From: an uncultured Eubacteriales bacterium
GTDB taxonomy: Bacteria > Bacillota > Clostridia > Oscillospirales > Acutalibacteraceae
Reading direction: 5' to 3'
Length of the DNA: 64,000 nucleotides
NCBI GenBank assembly: GCA_965145485.1
Contig: CBCTCU010000001.1
Span: 60,800 to 124,799, forward strand
Shown here in pieces: positions 1-10,111 of this stretch. The position numbers and the translations under genes were made by a program. The notes beneath the pieces are model-generated. The model did no database searches. It saw only the letters and a list, made by a program, of their open reading frames with translations, and had not been told where the DNA came from. How positions within the stretch are numbered: position 1 is the first letter of the stretch; each line of letters opens with the position of its first letter.

Positions 1-89
1 AATTATTCAAATCACACAAACGGACAATGCAACTGAGCAATAAATGATAACATTACGACAAGAAAGGAGGGCATGGTGAAGCGCCGCCA

Positions 90-134
90 TGCTATAATGA
101 AATCCTCACAGGATACCGAGCGTCGCTCGGTATC
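90..134 (+). promoter_or_regulatory. Extended -10 promoter element followed by a perfect palindromic operator candidate
   Basis: TGcTATAAT lies at 90-98. A perfect 11+1+11 palindrome, GATACCGAGCG-t-CGCTCGGTATC, lies at 112-134, between the -10 and the RBS/ATG of the 179..1297 gene. A 1-nt centre is too tight for an RNA hairpin, so a dimeric repressor site is more likely. Confidence 0.4.
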
Positions 135-178
135 GCATTATTGTCGCCGCGTTTGCGTGGAGCGAGGAGGAAGCAAAT

Positions 179-1297
179 ATGTCCGATTGTCTTTACCGCG
201 TGCCCAGCGGGGTACGTACCATATGGGCAAATCCGGAGAATCCAACCGGGGAAAAGGGGGCGGGCGCGAAAGCCTGGGGCGGTCGCAAGGGCGCTCCCTG
301 CCTTCGAAACCTGAAGCCGGGAGAGACCAGGGTGCTGGCCCAGGCGGAAGGGGCCGGTATTGTACGGAGAATCTGGATTACCATCGAAAAAAGAGAAAAG
401 CCGCAGACCTTAAAAGGATACCGGCTGGAATGTTTTTGGGATGGCTGTGAAAAACCGGCGGTCAGCGTTCCACTGGGGGATTTTTTCTGCTTTAACAGCG
501 CCAAGCTCTCGGCGTTTGAAAACGAATTCTTTTCTGCGCCGGAGGGGAGAAGCTTTAACTGCGTGATCCCCATGCCCTTCCAAAAGGGAATGAAGATCAC
601 CATCTCGAACGACACGCCCTCCATTGAGGAAATTCAATTCTTCTACCAGGTTGATTATACCTTGGGAGACGACGTATCCGATGCGTTGTATTTCCACGCG
701 TTTTACAATCGCGAGAGGAATACCGTCTGCCGCAGGGATTATGTCGTTTTGCCCAAGGTCGAGGGCCGCGGCCGTTATTTGGGCGCTTCGTTCGGCGTCA
801 TCGCCAACCCGCTGATGGGCAATTCCTGGTGGGGGGAAGGCGAGGTCAAATGCTATCTCGACGGCGACGGGGAGTATCCGACGCTGGCCGGGACCGGTAC
901 GGAGGACTATATCGGCACCGGCTGGGGGCAGGGCCGTTTTGTCAACCGTTATCAGGGCTGCCTGTATGCCAGCGAGGAAGAAAAGCGGTTTAGCTTTTAT
1001 CGCCTGCATGTTCCTGATCCGGTCTATTTTGAGCAGGATATCCGGGTGACAATTCAGCAGATTGGCTGTGTCGAGCACGAGGACATTGTCAAAATGCTGG
1101 ATAACGGCCTGGATATACGGGATACCGGCGGAACGAAACCGAATTATGACTGCCCGGGGGCGATCATCGACCGGTTTGACGACGATTGGTGTTCGGTCGC
1201 CTATTTTTATCTCGACCGCCCTTCCTCTCCGCTGCCATCCCTGCCGCCGTACGATGAGAGAATCGCAAAATATCAGGGCCGGATCGAACGGGATTAG
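179..1297 (+). CDS. DUF2961-family protein (glycoside hydrolase family 172-like)
   Basis: 372-aa ORF with a GGAGGAAG RBS just upstream of ATG 179. The motifs WWGEGEVKCYLDGD and GTGTEDYIGTGWG are typical of DUF2961/GH172 proteins (recognised from memory). Confidence 0.7.
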   Translation: MSDCLYRVPSGVRTIWANPENPTGEKGAGAKAWGGRKGAPCLRNLKPGETRVLAQAEGAGIVRRIWITIEKREKPQTLKGYRLECFWDGCEKPAVSVPLGDFFCFNSAKLSAFENEFFSAPEGRSFNCVIPMPFQKGMKITISNDTPSIEEIQFFYQVDYTLGDDVSDALYFHAFYNRERNTVCRRDYVVLPKVEGRGRYLGASFGVIANPLMGNSWWGEGEVKCYLDGDGEYPTLAGTGTEDYIGTGWGQGRFVNRYQGCLYASEEEKRFSFYRLHVPDPVYFEQDIRVTIQQIGCVEHEDIVKMLDNGLDIRDTGGTKPNYDCPGAIIDRFDDDWCSVAYFYLDRPSSPLPSLPPYDERIAKYQGRIERD

Positions 1298-1388
1298 GAA
1301 ATCGTAAAAAAATCGAAAAAAGGTCTTGCAATTTCCTGCGGGTTGTGCTATGATACTGTCTGCGGCTTGATAAAAGCTTTTGCTAGAT

Positions 1389-1464
1389 GGGGGTATAGCT
1401 CAGCTGGGAGAGCGCTTGACTGGCAGTCAAGAGGTCAGCGGTTCGATCCCGCTTATCTCCACCA
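1389..1464 (+). tRNA. tRNA-Ala (anticodon GGC)
   Basis: The 76-nt cloverleaf starts GGGGGTATAGCTCAGCTGGGAGAGC. The anticodon arm CTTGA-CTGGCAG-TCAAG gives anticodon GGC. A G3:U70 pair is present in the acceptor stem, the T-loop is GGTTCGATCC, and CCA is encoded. Confidence 0.93.
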
Positions 1465-1478
1465 TAAGCATAGGGAAA

Positions 1479-1511
1479 AATCGATTCTTGTCTTAAGAAT
1501 CGATTTTTTTC
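1479..1511 (+). terminator. Rho-independent terminator after tRNA-Ala
   Basis: The perfect 11-bp stem AATCGATTCTT / AAGAATCGATT has a 5-nt loop and is followed by a T run. Confidence 0.85.
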
Positions 1512-1938
1512 ATTTCATCCTGAAATACACCGTCGCTAACAATGGGCTATGCAATCCACTTTCACGAAAAACATTGGACTGCGCGAGCTGTCAACGGCAG
1601 CCTTTTATAAAGAGAAGGCTGGTGCTTTACCCGGCAGTGGCCTTGTTTGCATGCGGTCAAGAGGTACGGGGAAAGAAGTCCTGTCGGCGCATACCAATGC
1701 GCTGGCTGGCAATCCTTCCTTGTAGGGGCGATCCAATCTCCGATCCCGCAGGTGTGCGGCCCCGGGTTCGATGCGGCGGGCGACGGCGTGGCTGATATCG
1801 TGGTGCGGCTTGAGCAAAACCGTCCGAGTAACGCCGCCGCAGAAAAATTCGGGGCGAAAATCGTGCCGCGCTGCACCGGGATGGCTTTGGGCGGTCGAAG
1901 GATTGCCCGTGTGGATGGATTTTAAGGAGGCGTTTGGT

Positions 1939-2883
1939 TTGAAGATAGCAAATTCCTTTTCCGACCTGGTCGGGCATACCCCTTTGTTACGTATGGAGCG
2001 CCTGGCTCGTGAATATGGACTTTCGGCGGCTTTGCTCGCTAAGCTGGAATGCTTTAATCCCGCTGGCAGCGTTAAGGATCGTGTGGCCGAGGCCATGATA
2101 GAGGATGCGCAGCGGCGCGGGCTTCTGCGCGAGGGCTCGGTCATTGTCGAGCCCACCAGCGGGAACACGGGGATTGGGCTTGCGGCGGCGGCTGCCATTC
2201 GAGGCTACCGGGTTATTCTGACCATGCCGGATACCATGAGCGTTGAGCGTCGCAGCCTGCTGCAGGCCTATGGCGCCGAGCTGGTGCTCACGGACGGGGC
2301 CAAGGGTATGAGCGGTGCCATTGAGAAGGCGAAGGAGCTGGCCGGCAGCATTCCCGGCAGCTTTATCCCCAGCCAGTTTGAAAACCCGGCGAATCCGGCC
2401 GCGCATCGCGCTTCCACTGGTCCCGAGCTTTGGAAGGACACCGACGGCGGTATCGATATATTTGTAGCCGGGGTCGGTACGGGCGGCACCATCACCGGGG
2501 TGGGGGAGTATCTCAAGTCGAAAAATCCCGCGGTGCATATTGTCGCGGTGGAGCCGGCCGATTCGCCGGTGCTGTCAGGGGGCCAGCCTGGGGCGCATAA
2601 GCTGCAGGGGCTGGGGGCGGGCTTTGTGCCCAAGACCCTGCACCGTGATGTGATCGACGAGATCGTGCCGGTGGAAGCCGACGCGGCCTATGTAACCGCC
2701 CAGGCGGCGGCGCGTTGCGAGGGGGTTTTGATCGGGATTTCCTCGGGCGCGGCCCTTTGGGCTGCCCTTGAGCTGGGGCGCAGGGCAGAAAACCGGGGAA
2801 AGACCATCGCGGCGCTTTGCCCGGATTCGGGCGAGCGCTATCTCTCCACCCCTGGATTTGTACCGCAAACGACGCAACGGTGA
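1939..2883 (+). CDS. cysK: Cysteine synthase A (O-acetylserine sulfhydrylase)
   Basis: PLP-enzyme motifs are present: [25 protein letters not shown] and [12 protein letters not shown]. The ORF-track start (1771) is too far upstream. TTG 1939 ([17 protein letters not shown]) has an AAGGAGG RBS at 1924-1930. ATG 1915 is the alternative start. Confidence 0.9.
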   Translation: MKIANSFSDLVGHTPLLRMERLAREYGLSAALLAKLECFNPAGSVKDRVAEAMIEDAQRRGLLREGSVIVEPTSGNTGIGLAAAAAIRGYRVILTMPDTMSVERRSLLQAYGAELVLTDGAKGMSGAIEKAKELAGSIPGSFIPSQFENPANPAAHRASTGPELWKDTDGGIDIFVAGVGTGGTITGVGEYLKSKNPAVHIVAVEPADSPVLSGGQPGAHKLQGLGAGFVPKTLHRDVIDEIVPVEADAAYVTAQAAARCEGVLIGISSGAALWAALELGRRAENRGKTIAALCPDSGERYLSTPGFVPQTTQR

Positions 2884-3053
2884 CATGGAAAAGGCGCGCT
2901 TTTGGCGGTTGCCCTGTCTTACCCCGGGGCTGGAAGCCGCTTTGAGTCCCCGCCGCCCGACAGGCCGGGCCGGTGTAGCGGTCGCAGCGCCTTTGTGATC
3001 CAACATCAATTTTTAGCGCCACTGTAAACTGCATGGGAAAGGATCGATCGTAC

Positions 3054-3767
3054 ATGACCGAATGGTTGGAGCGCACCGAGCGGTTGCTGGGAGAGGCGGC
3101 GGTTCGGCATCTGACCGGATGCCGCGTGGCGGTGTTTGGCCTCGGCGGTGTGGGAGGCCACGCGGCCGAAGCGTTGGCGCGCAGCGGGGTTGGTGCGCTC
3201 GACCTGATCGATCACGATACCGTCAGCCTGAGCAACTGCAACCGGCAGATCATTGCCACCCGCCGCACGGTTGGGATGGCCAAAACCGAGGCGATGCGCC
3301 AGCGGCTGATGGACATCAACCCCGAGCTTTGCGTTCGTACCTACCCGGTCTTCTTTGGTCCGGATACCACCGAGCTGCCGGATTTTCGCGAGTTTGATTA
3401 TGTGGCCGACGCCATCGATTCGGTTGCGGGCAAGGTGGAGATCATTGTAAGGGCACATCAGGCGGGCATACCGGTCATCAGCGCCATGGGCGCTGGAAAT
3501 AAGCTCGACCCCGCCGGCTTCGAGGTGGCGGATATTTTCGCAACCAGCGTCTGCCCGCTCGCCCGCGTGATGCGCAAAGAGCTGCGCGCGCGCGGCATAC
3601 CGGGCTGTAAGGTGGTCTATTCGCGAGAGCAGCCGCGTCGCCCGATGACGACTACTGCGGACGGTCGTCCTGTCCCTGGGAGCCTTGCCTTTGTCACGGC
3701 TGCAGCCGGCCTTGTCCTGGCGGGGGAAATCGTGCGCGATTTGGTTGCAAACCACCTTGCGGTATGA
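3054..3767 (+). CDS. tcdA: tRNA threonylcarbamoyladenosine dehydratase (ThiF/MoeB-family, TcdA-like)
   Basis: Contains VAVFGLGGVGGHAAEALARSGVGALDLIDHDTVSLSNCNRQ (Rossmann GxGxxG plus the NRQ motif). ATG 3054 follows a GGAAAGGA RBS. ATG 3033 is the alternative start. Confidence 0.75.
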   Translation: MTEWLERTERLLGEAAVRHLTGCRVAVFGLGGVGGHAAEALARSGVGALDLIDHDTVSLSNCNRQIIATRRTVGMAKTEAMRQRLMDINPELCVRTYPVFFGPDTTELPDFREFDYVADAIDSVAGKVEIIVRAHQAGIPVISAMGAGNKLDPAGFEVADIFATSVCPLARVMRKELRARGIPGCKVVYSREQPRRPMTTTADGRPVPGSLAFVTAAAGLVLAGEIVRDLVANHLAV

Positions 3768-3824
3768 TATGATAACCAAGATGAAACGGCGACGCCGTAA
3801 TTCTTTTTGCCGGAGGACGCGGGA

Positions 3825-4373
3825 ATGCCCTTCCTTTGCCCGGATATCCGAAAACAGCATATCACCGACCTTCGCCCTCAGGAGCTTCGCTCGCTGGGGG
3901 TGAAGGGGTTGCTGCTTGACGCGGACAATACCCTGACGACGCACAAAAGCGGCATTTTGGCCGAGGGGGTGGCTGCCTGGCTGCGCGAGATGCGAGACGA
4001 GGGTTTTGCCATGTCGCTTGCATCCAATGCTAAAATCGAGCGTATCGCCCCTTTTGCCAAGTCGCTTGGCCTGCCCTGCGAGGGAATGTGCTGTAAGCCG
4101 CTTCCGGCAGGGCTGCTGCGTGCGAGCGGGCGGATGGGGATTGCGCCGGATGCTCTTGCTTTGGTGGGGGATCAGGTCTTTACCGATCTGCTGGCTGGAA
4201 AAGCCGCCGGGATGAAAACCGTGCTGGTATGCCCCTGGCAAAGGGAAACGGGCCGCGCTTTTCGTTTTAAGAGGACTTTGGAGCGGCCTTTTTTATGGTA
4301 TATTACCAAACGCGTCGGTCCGCCGACGGGGAGAGACAGTCGTGGGGAATGCCACCAAAGCGGCGGCGAATAA
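3825..4373 (+). CDS. yqeG: YqeG-family HAD-IIIA phosphatase
   Basis: HAD motifs are present: LLLDADNTLT, the CKP motif and VGDQVFTDLLAGKAAGMKTVLV. ATG 3825 lies 7 nt after GGAGGA. The ORF-track TTG 3807 is less likely. Confidence 0.75.
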   Translation: MPFLCPDIRKQHITDLRPQELRSLGVKGLLLDADNTLTTHKSGILAEGVAAWLREMRDEGFAMSLASNAKIERIAPFAKSLGLPCEGMCCKPLPAGLLRASGRMGIAPDALALVGDQVFTDLLAGKAAGMKTVLVCPWQRETGRAFRFKRTLERPFLWYITKRVGPPTGRDSRGECHQSGGE

Positions 4374-4403
4374 GGTTGCATGCATCCGGAAAGGAGTTTT
4401 CAA

Positions 4404-5267
4404 ATGGGAGCGTTGTTTGGACCGGCCGGTAACTCGGACAGCTTTGCTCAAATGGGGTACAAAGGAAGCCTGGATGTGCCCGAATACGTGGAGAGGATGG
4501 GGCTCGACGCCTTCGAGTACCAGTGTGGCAGAGGGGTCAATATCGGGGAAGATAAGGCAAGACAGCTCGGCGCTCTGGCGCATGAGAAGGGCATCGTGCT
4601 CTCGGTTCATGCCCCCTATTATATTAGTCTGGCTTCAAAGGAAGAGGCAAAGAGGGACAATTCCATCCGCTATATTCTCGAGAGCGCGCGGGCAGTTCAT
4701 GCCATGGGGGGCGATCGTATCGTCGTGCACCCCGGCGGACTGGGAGGGCTTTCGCGCGAGCAGGCGACCGACCTGGCGGGCGAGACGCTCAAAAGGGCGC
4801 TCGAGCAGTTGGATAGCGAGGGGCTGTCCATGATCCGCGTCTGCCCCGAGACCATGGGCAAGATCAATCAGCTCGGCAACCTAGACGAGGTGCTGACCCT
4901 CTGCTCGCTCGACGAGCGCATGCTTCCCTGCGTCGATTTTGGCCATCTCAACGCCCGCACCCACGGCGGTTTGGACAGTGCGGAGGCTTTCGGCGCGGTC
5001 TTTGATGCGGTCCGCAACCGTCTGGGAGAGTCCCGGATGAGGGAATTTCACGTCCATTTTTCCAAGATCGCCTATACCGACGGCGGAGAGAAAATGCATC
5101 TGACCTTTGAGGATGAGACGTACGGCCCGGATTATGAGCCCATGCTCGAGTGGACGGCCCGCCTCGGCTGCTCGCCGGTCGTCATCTGCGAATCGGCCGG
5201 TACCCAGGCGGAGGATGCCGCCGCTATGAAGAAATACTACCGATCGCTTGTGTACGCGGACGAATAG
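4404..5267 (+). CDS. TIM-barrel protein of the xylose isomerase / endonuclease IV-like (AP endonuclease 2) fold
   Basis: ATG 4404 is preceded by a GGAAAGGAG RBS. The protein starts MGALFGPAGNSDSF and contains SVHAPYYISL and VVHPGG, typical of this fold. The exact function is not clear. Confidence 0.6.
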   Translation: MGALFGPAGNSDSFAQMGYKGSLDVPEYVERMGLDAFEYQCGRGVNIGEDKARQLGALAHEKGIVLSVHAPYYISLASKEEAKRDNSIRYILESARAVHAMGGDRIVVHPGGLGGLSREQATDLAGETLKRALEQLDSEGLSMIRVCPETMGKINQLGNLDEVLTLCSLDERMLPCVDFGHLNARTHGGLDSAEAFGAVFDAVRNRLGESRMREFHVHFSKIAYTDGGEKMHLTFEDETYGPDYEPMLEWTARLGCSPVVICESAGTQAEDAAAMKKYYRSLVYADE

Positions 5268-5385
5268 GACCTATCGCATGTTTTCTCATTTGTATTTTTG
5301 TCGGTATGGAAAGCCGGTATGAATGAAAAACCGGCTTTCGGGGTGTCCGGCTGGCCCGGCATTTTTGTTTGCCGGTAAAAAATGC

Positions 5386-5414
5386 TTGACCTGGCGGCAA
5401 TTGTGTGGTATATT
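5386..5414 (+). promoter_or_regulatory. Sigma-A type promoter for rpmG-secE-nusG
   Basis: TTGACC (5386-5391), a 17-nt spacer, then TATATT (5409-5414), with TG at -15/-14. Confidence 0.6.
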
Positions 5415-5531
5415 AAATGTACCTCTTCACGGGTCTTTTTTTTTGCACCCATTTTTCTGTATGGAATAGGGCGCGGGCTTGGCTGTTGAGGGAGGAAACG
5501 AAAATATTCCGGTAAACCAGGAGGTGCCATC

Positions 5532-5681
5532 ATGAGAGTCAAAATCACATTGGCATGTACGGAGTGCAAGCAGCGTAACTACGACACGGTCAAAAACAAG
5601 AAAAACGACCCCGACCGTCTGGAAATGAACAAGTACTGCCGCTTCTGCCGTAAACACACTCTTCACAGAGAAACCAAGTAA
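5532..5681 (+). CDS. rpmG: 50S ribosomal protein L33
   Basis: This 49-aa ORF is absent from the ORF track because it is under 60 aa: [49 protein letters not shown]. It has a CxxC...CxxC zinc ribbon and an AGGAGGTG RBS, and it sits in the canonical position upstream of secE-nusG. Confidence 0.92.
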   Translation: MRVKITLACTECKQRNYDTVKNKKNDPDRLEMNKYCRFCRKHTLHRETK

Positions 5682-5692
5682 GGGGTGTAGAA

Positions 5693-6421
5693 ATGAAAAT
5701 CGCGAGAATTTGCTTACGGGTCCTTACAGTGCTGTTGGCCGCCGCTTCTCTGCTGATGTTTTTCTTCACCTTTGCCGAGATCCGTTTTTCGGGCTCTGAC
5801 ATCGTGCTCGGCGCCTCGGGTGCGGAGATGGCTTTTGGCGCCGACGTGACCTCACGGGTGCCTGAGCTGGAGGCGGGTGTGACCGCCAGCCTGTATAAGT
5901 CGTCTTGGTTTACCATTGGATTGATCTGGGCGGCTCTGACCACCTTGATCGCCGCGCTGGGCTTTAAATTTAAGAAAGCCTTGAAAGCCGTTCCGGTGTT
6001 TTCCCTGCTCGGCGGTATTCTGATGCTGGTCCTTGTGCTGGGGAAGGGCGCGACCTATGTCGACGTCGGCAACCTCAACAGCCTGCTGACCATCGAGAGC
6101 ATTTCGATGAGCCTGTATGCGGTGTTAAGCTGCGTGCTGTCCTTTGCGTCGGTGCTTTCGGGCGTCGGCCAGATTCTGATCAACGACCGCATCGAGGTGC
6201 TCGAGTCCAAGGGCGCCAAGATCGGTATCCCCAAACGCATCGCCCGCTTCTTCCGCGACTACAAGGGCGAGATCAAAAAGATCGTCTGGCCCACCGGCAA
6301 GTCGGTGCTGCGCAATACGCTGGTCGTGCTGGTGATGTGCATCATTGTCGGCGCCTTTATCTGGTTGCTTGACTGGGGGCTTTCTTCTTTGCTCCAGCTT
6401 ATCCTCAACTCGGCGGCGTAA
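5693..6421 (+). CDS. secE: Preprotein translocase subunit SecE with a long N-terminal polytopic extension
   Basis: The C-terminal ~60 aa (FFRDYKGEIKKIVWPTGKSVLRNTLVVLVMCIIVGAFIWLLDWGL) is a canonical SecE TM segment. The gene sits between rpmG and nusG. The N-terminal ~175 aa adds four hydrophobic segments. Confidence 0.8.
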   Translation: MKIARICLRVLTVLLAAASLLMFFFTFAEIRFSGSDIVLGASGAEMAFGADVTSRVPELEAGVTASLYKSSWFTIGLIWAALTTLIAALGFKFKKALKAVPVFSLLGGILMLVLVLGKGATYVDVGNLNSLLTIESISMSLYAVLSCVLSFASVLSGVGQILINDRIEVLESKGAKIGIPKRIARFFRDYKGEIKKIVWPTGKSVLRNTLVVLVMCIIVGAFIWLLDWGLSSLLQLILNSAA

Positions 6422-6450
6422 AACTATCTGAAACGTGGGGAGAGGGTAAC

Positions 6451-6969
6451 GTGTCTGACGCGAAATGGTATGTGATACACACCTATTCAGGATATGAGAA
6501 TAAGGTTGCCAGCAACCTCGAGAAGATGGTGGAAAACCGCGGCATGCAGGACCTGATTTATGATATCAAGGTCCCTACCGAAACGGTGGTCGAGGTCAAG
6601 GACAACAAAAAGCGGGAAGTTGAGCGCAAAATCTTTCCTGGATATGTTTTTATTAAAATGATCGTTACCGATGACTCTTGGTATGTTGTCCGCAACACGC
6701 ACGGATGTACCGGCTTTGTCGGGCCCGCCTCCAAACCGGTGCCCCTGACTGAAAAGGAAGTGGAGCGCTTCGGGGTGGAGACCCGCACGGTTGAGGTCAA
6801 CTACGAGGTAGGGGATAACGTCAAGATCGTCGACGGGCCGCTTTCGGGCTTTATGGGTATTGTCGACGAGTTGGACACTGCGCGCGATTTCGTGCGGGTT
6901 ACGATTTCCATGTTCGGCCGCGAAACGCCGGTCGAGCTGGAGCTCGATCAGGTCGAACTGGTCGAGTAG
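6451..6969 (+). CDS. nusG: Transcription termination/antitermination factor NusG
   Basis: GTG start after GGGGAGAGGG. The NGN domain starts [14 protein letters not shown], and the KOW motif is [21 protein letters not shown]. Confidence 0.93.
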   Translation: MSDAKWYVIHTYSGYENKVASNLEKMVENRGMQDLIYDIKVPTETVVEVKDNKKREVERKIFPGYVFIKMIVTDDSWYVVRNTHGCTGFVGPASKPVPLTEKEVERFGVETRTVEVNYEVGDNVKIVDGPLSGFMGIVDELDTARDFVRVTISMFGRETPVELELDQVELVE

Positions 6970-7084
6970 GTTGGTAATTTGCGGCTTGGCCGCTGATTAT
7001 AGGGGCGTGAAAGCGTCCCTTGTGGGAGGATGCGCGGGATGTCGCGCTCCGAAATTCACCACGTTATTATGGAGGTGCAAACTA

Positions 7085-7510
7085 ATGGCTCAAAAGGTTA
7101 CGGGCTACATCAAACTCCAAATTCCCGCAGGCAAGGCCACTCCGGCTCCGCCCGTGGGTCCGGCGCTCGGTCAGCATGGTGTGAACATCATGGCTTTCAC
7201 CAAAGAATTCAACGAGCGCACGAAGAACGATGTGGGACTGGTTATCCCGGTCGTTATCACGGTTTATGCCGATCATTCGTTTACGTTTGTCACCAAGACG
7301 CCGCCGGCGGCCGTGCTGCTGAAAAAGGCTTGCGGCATCGAAAAGGCGTCAGGCGTACCCAACAAGACGAAGGTTGCTACGATTACCGGCGAGCAGATCA
7401 GAAAGATTGCGGAACAGAAGATGCCCGATCTCAATGCGGCCTCGGTCGAAGCGGCGATGCGTATGATCGCCGGCACGGCCCGCAGCATGGGTATCACGGT
7501 TACCGATTGA
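7085..7510 (+). CDS. rplK: 50S ribosomal protein L11
   Basis: [43 protein letters not shown]. The internal ATG 7085 of ORF 6860..7510 is the true start. Confidence 0.95.
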   Translation: MAQKVTGYIKLQIPAGKATPAPPVGPALGQHGVNIMAFTKEFNERTKNDVGLVIPVVITVYADHSFTFVTKTPPAAVLLKKACGIEKASGVPNKTKVATITGEQIRKIAEQKMPDLNAASVEAAMRMIAGTARSMGITVTD

Positions 7511-7562
7511 TTGTTCCCGGGTGGGAGGAAAATTCCGATTGACCACTCTGTAGGGAGGTATA

Positions 7563-8261
7563 ATGATGAAACATGGTAAAAAATACGTCGACAGCCTGAA
7601 ACTGGTCGATCGTACCAAGCTCTACGATACCGAAGAGGCGATGGACCTCGTGGTAAAGACCAAAACCGCTAAATTTGATGAAACGGTTGAGGTTCACGTC
7701 CGTTTGGGCGTTGACTCCCGTCATGCCGACCAGCAGGTTCGCGGCGCGGTCGTGCTGCCCAATGGCACGGGCAAAAAGGTCCGTGTGATGGTGTTCGCCA
7801 AAGGGGACAACGTCAAGGCGGCCGAAGAGGCTGGCGCAGATTTTGTTGGCGCCGACGAATATGTGCAGAAGATTCAGAACGAAGGCTGGATGGATTTCGA
7901 CGTGGTCATCGCCACCCCCGACATGATGGGCGTGGTGGGCCGTTTGGGTAAGGTGCTTGGTCCGCGCGGCCTGATGCCCAACCCCAAGGCCGGCACTGTG
8001 ACCCCCGACGTGGCCAAGGCGGTAGCCGAGGCCAAGGCCGGTAAGATCGAGTACCGCCTTGATAAGACCAATATTATCCATTGCCCGATTGGCAAGGTCT
8101 CCTTTGGCCCACAAAAGCTGATGGAGAATTTTGACGCTCTCATGAGCGCGATCGCCAAGGCCAAGCCGGCGGCGGCCAAGGGGCAGTATATCCGCTCGTG
8201 CGCCATTGCGGCGACCATGGGCCCCGGTATCCGTGTCAACGCGGTTAAATACGGCGGCTAA
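7563..8261 (+). CDS. rplA: 50S ribosomal protein L1
   Basis: [16 protein letters not shown]...[27 protein letters not shown]; the second ATG (7566) has the better spacing. Confidence 0.95.
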   Translation: MMKHGKKYVDSLKLVDRTKLYDTEEAMDLVVKTKTAKFDETVEVHVRLGVDSRHADQQVRGAVVLPNGTGKKVRVMVFAKGDNVKAAEEAGADFVGADEYVQKIQNEGWMDFDVVIATPDMMGVVGRLGKVLGPRGLMPNPKAGTVTPDVAKAVAEAKAGKIEYRLDKTNIIHCPIGKVSFGPQKLMENFDALMSAIAKAKPAAAKGQYIRSCAIAATMGPGIRVNAVKYGG

Positions 8262-8276
8262 ATTAGTAATAAATAG

Positions 8277-8312
8277 GGCGCGGCGGGTGTTGGCTTGCCG
8301 CGCCTAGTTTTT
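8277..8312 (+). terminator. Rho-independent terminator after rplA
   Basis: GGCGCGGC ... GCCGCGCC stem followed by TTTTT. Confidence 0.6.
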
Positions 8313-8488
8313 GCGGCTTGTGCAAGACGCGATCCCTGATTTGATGAAAAAAGCGTTCCTTTTCTAGAGGCGAGCGCAAGGGATTACGTGCGCCGAATCT
8401 TTTGCCGCTGGCATCACGCAGCCCAGAGCCAACGTAACTGGATGAGGCTTTCTATGAAAAAGTCGATCCAATTTTTTGATGGACTCTC

Positions 8489-8674
8489 TTGACATACCGC
8501 CACTAGTGTGGTATATTGATAAAGCTGTTTTGATCCAAAGACAGCAGGTGCTACTATTTAGCGCAAAGGTTTGTAACCGCCTGCCGAGGAGAGAAAGCAA
8601 CAATTTGTGATGCGCTTTGCCGCATCCGTTTGGTTGTGGATTCGCCCTCCTCGTCACAGCGGGGAGGGCTTTTT
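8489..8674 (+). promoter_or_regulatory. Promoter plus ribosomal-protein L10 leader (autoregulatory attenuator) upstream of rplJL
   Basis: TTGACA (8489-8494), a 17-nt spacer, then TATATT (8512-8517). A structured leader of about 150 nt follows and ends in the GCCCTCC...GGAGGGC-TTTTT hairpin (8644-8674), directly before the rplJ RBS. The position matches the known L10-leader class, but no covariance-model scan was run. Confidence 0.6.
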
Positions 8675-8703
8675 GTTATATAACTTTGGGAGGTGAAAAC
8701 GAA

Positions 8704-9234
8704 ATGCCCAGTGCTGCTGTTTTAGAGCAGAAAAAGCAGATTGTTGCCGATTTGGTTGGCAAGCTGCAAAATGCGGTGACCGGTGTGGTGGTTGATTACA
8801 AAGGAATCAGCGTTGCCGACGACACGAAACTGCGTAAGGAGCTTCGTGAGGCCGGCGTCGACTATGCCGTCGTCAAAAACACCCTGCTTCGTCTTGCCAC
8901 TGCCCAGACTGGTCTGGAGGGGCTTGATCCCGTCTTGGAAGGGACGACCGCTCTGGCTGTGAGCGACACCGATTATGTCGCTGCGGCGCGCATTCTCTGC
9001 GACTATGCATCTCAAAACGATAATTTCAAGATCAAGGCAGGCTTCGTCGAGGGCGAGGTTCTCGACGTTAAGGGGATCGAGGCGCTTGCCAAGCTGCCCT
9101 CGCGCGAGGTGCTCATTGCCCAGACGCTTGGCGGGCTCAACGCTCCGATTACCGGCTTTGTCGGTGTGCTCAACGCAAATCTACGCAATCTGGTCTATGC
9201 GCTTAACGCCATTGCCCAGAAGCAAGGTGCCTAA
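8704..9234 (+). CDS. rplJ: 50S ribosomal protein L10
   Basis: MPSAAVLEQKKQIVADLVGKLQNAVTGVVVDYKGISVADDTKLRKELREAG. GGGAGGTG RBS; internal ATG of ORF 8617..9234. Confidence 0.95.
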   Translation: MPSAAVLEQKKQIVADLVGKLQNAVTGVVVDYKGISVADDTKLRKELREAGVDYAVVKNTLLRLATAQTGLEGLDPVLEGTTALAVSDTDYVAAARILCDYASQNDNFKIKAGFVEGEVLDVKGIEALAKLPSREVLIAQTLGGLNAPITGFVGVLNANLRNLVYALNAIAQKQGA

Positions 9235-9341
9235 GGCGCATAACATGATCGTTCTATCTATGCCTGTGTAGGCAGGGCATGGTGGGAAGTTTTCTGCTAA
9301 ATTCCATCAAAGACAATTATTTTTATTGGAGGTACATCATC

Positions 9342-9725
9342 ATGGCATCGGAAAAAGTTGTTAAGCTGATTGAAGACGTGAAGGCCCTTACCGTTCTGGA
9401 GCTCAGCGAGCTGGTCAAGGCTCTCGAGGAAGAGTTCGGCGTTTCCGCCGCTGCTCCTGTGGCGGTTGCCGCTGCTCCCGCTGCTGGCGCTGCTGCTCCT
9501 GCTGCTGAAGAGAAGAGCGAGTTCGACGTCGTTCTGGCCGAGGTTGGCGCGGAGAAGATCAAGGTTATCAAGGCTGTCCGCGAGGTTACCGGTCTGGGTC
9601 TGGCTGACGCCAAGGCTCTGGTTGACGGCGCTCCCAAGACCGTGAAGGAGGCCGTAGCCAAGGAAGAGGCCGAAGAGATCAAGAAGAAGATCGAAGAGGC
9701 CGGCGCTAAGGTTGAGCTGAAGTAA
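9342..9725 (+). CDS. rplL: 50S ribosomal protein L7/L12
   Basis: [34 protein letters not shown], an Ala/Pro hinge, and C-terminal [22 protein letters not shown]. Confidence 0.95.
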   Translation: MASEKVVKLIEDVKALTVLELSELVKALEEEFGVSAAAPVAVAAAPAAGAAAPAAEEKSEFDVVLAEVGAEKIKVIKAVREVTGLGLADAKALVDGAPKTVKEAVAKEEAEEIKKKIEEAGAKVELK

Positions 9726-10111
9726 GTTGGTTTGACCACGCGCGACGCTGCGCGTTGTAGATCGTTGGGGGCTTGCTGTCCGCCAAAGGCGGGCGGCAGG
9801 CCCTTTGTGTTATCCGAGATTTTGGGCCTTCTCTGCATCATTGGTTGTCCGCGATTTCAAGGACAAGACGGCTTCCAGCCGGCGCCGGGATTCCACACCG
9901 GCTGGCGTGGCCCTTCAGGGTGTGGATTTCCGCTTCTGTCTTGCTCCAGTTGATCTGATGCAATTCGGCCGCGAAAGGCCTGGCGCTACGATTTATTGGC
10001 CCCTGGCTTGGAGAGAGTATGGCTGCGATAACAAAATGGGATGGGTCTTTTAGCTGGGGGCGCCGATGAGGTTCTTTCAGCAATCTGTTTGTAAAATTCT
10101 TAGAAAGCCTA

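Noticed and set aside
1512-1938. Possible T-box or S-box riboswitch in the 430-nt region upstream of cysK
   Set aside because: I looked for the T-box sequence (GGGTGGTACCGCG) and for SAM-I core motifs and found neither. ORF 1647..1925 has a vaguely protein-like C-terminal half but no RBS. The region is left unassigned.
3006-4241. 411-aa minus-strand ORF
   Set aside because: It is antisense to the tcdA and yqeG genes. It is an Arg/His/Gly-rich shadow frame.
9838-10083. 81-aa minus-strand ORF after rplL as a possible transposase remnant that would explain the loss of rpoBC synteny
   Set aside because: I could identify no transposase or integrase motif and no RBS. The evidence is insufficient.
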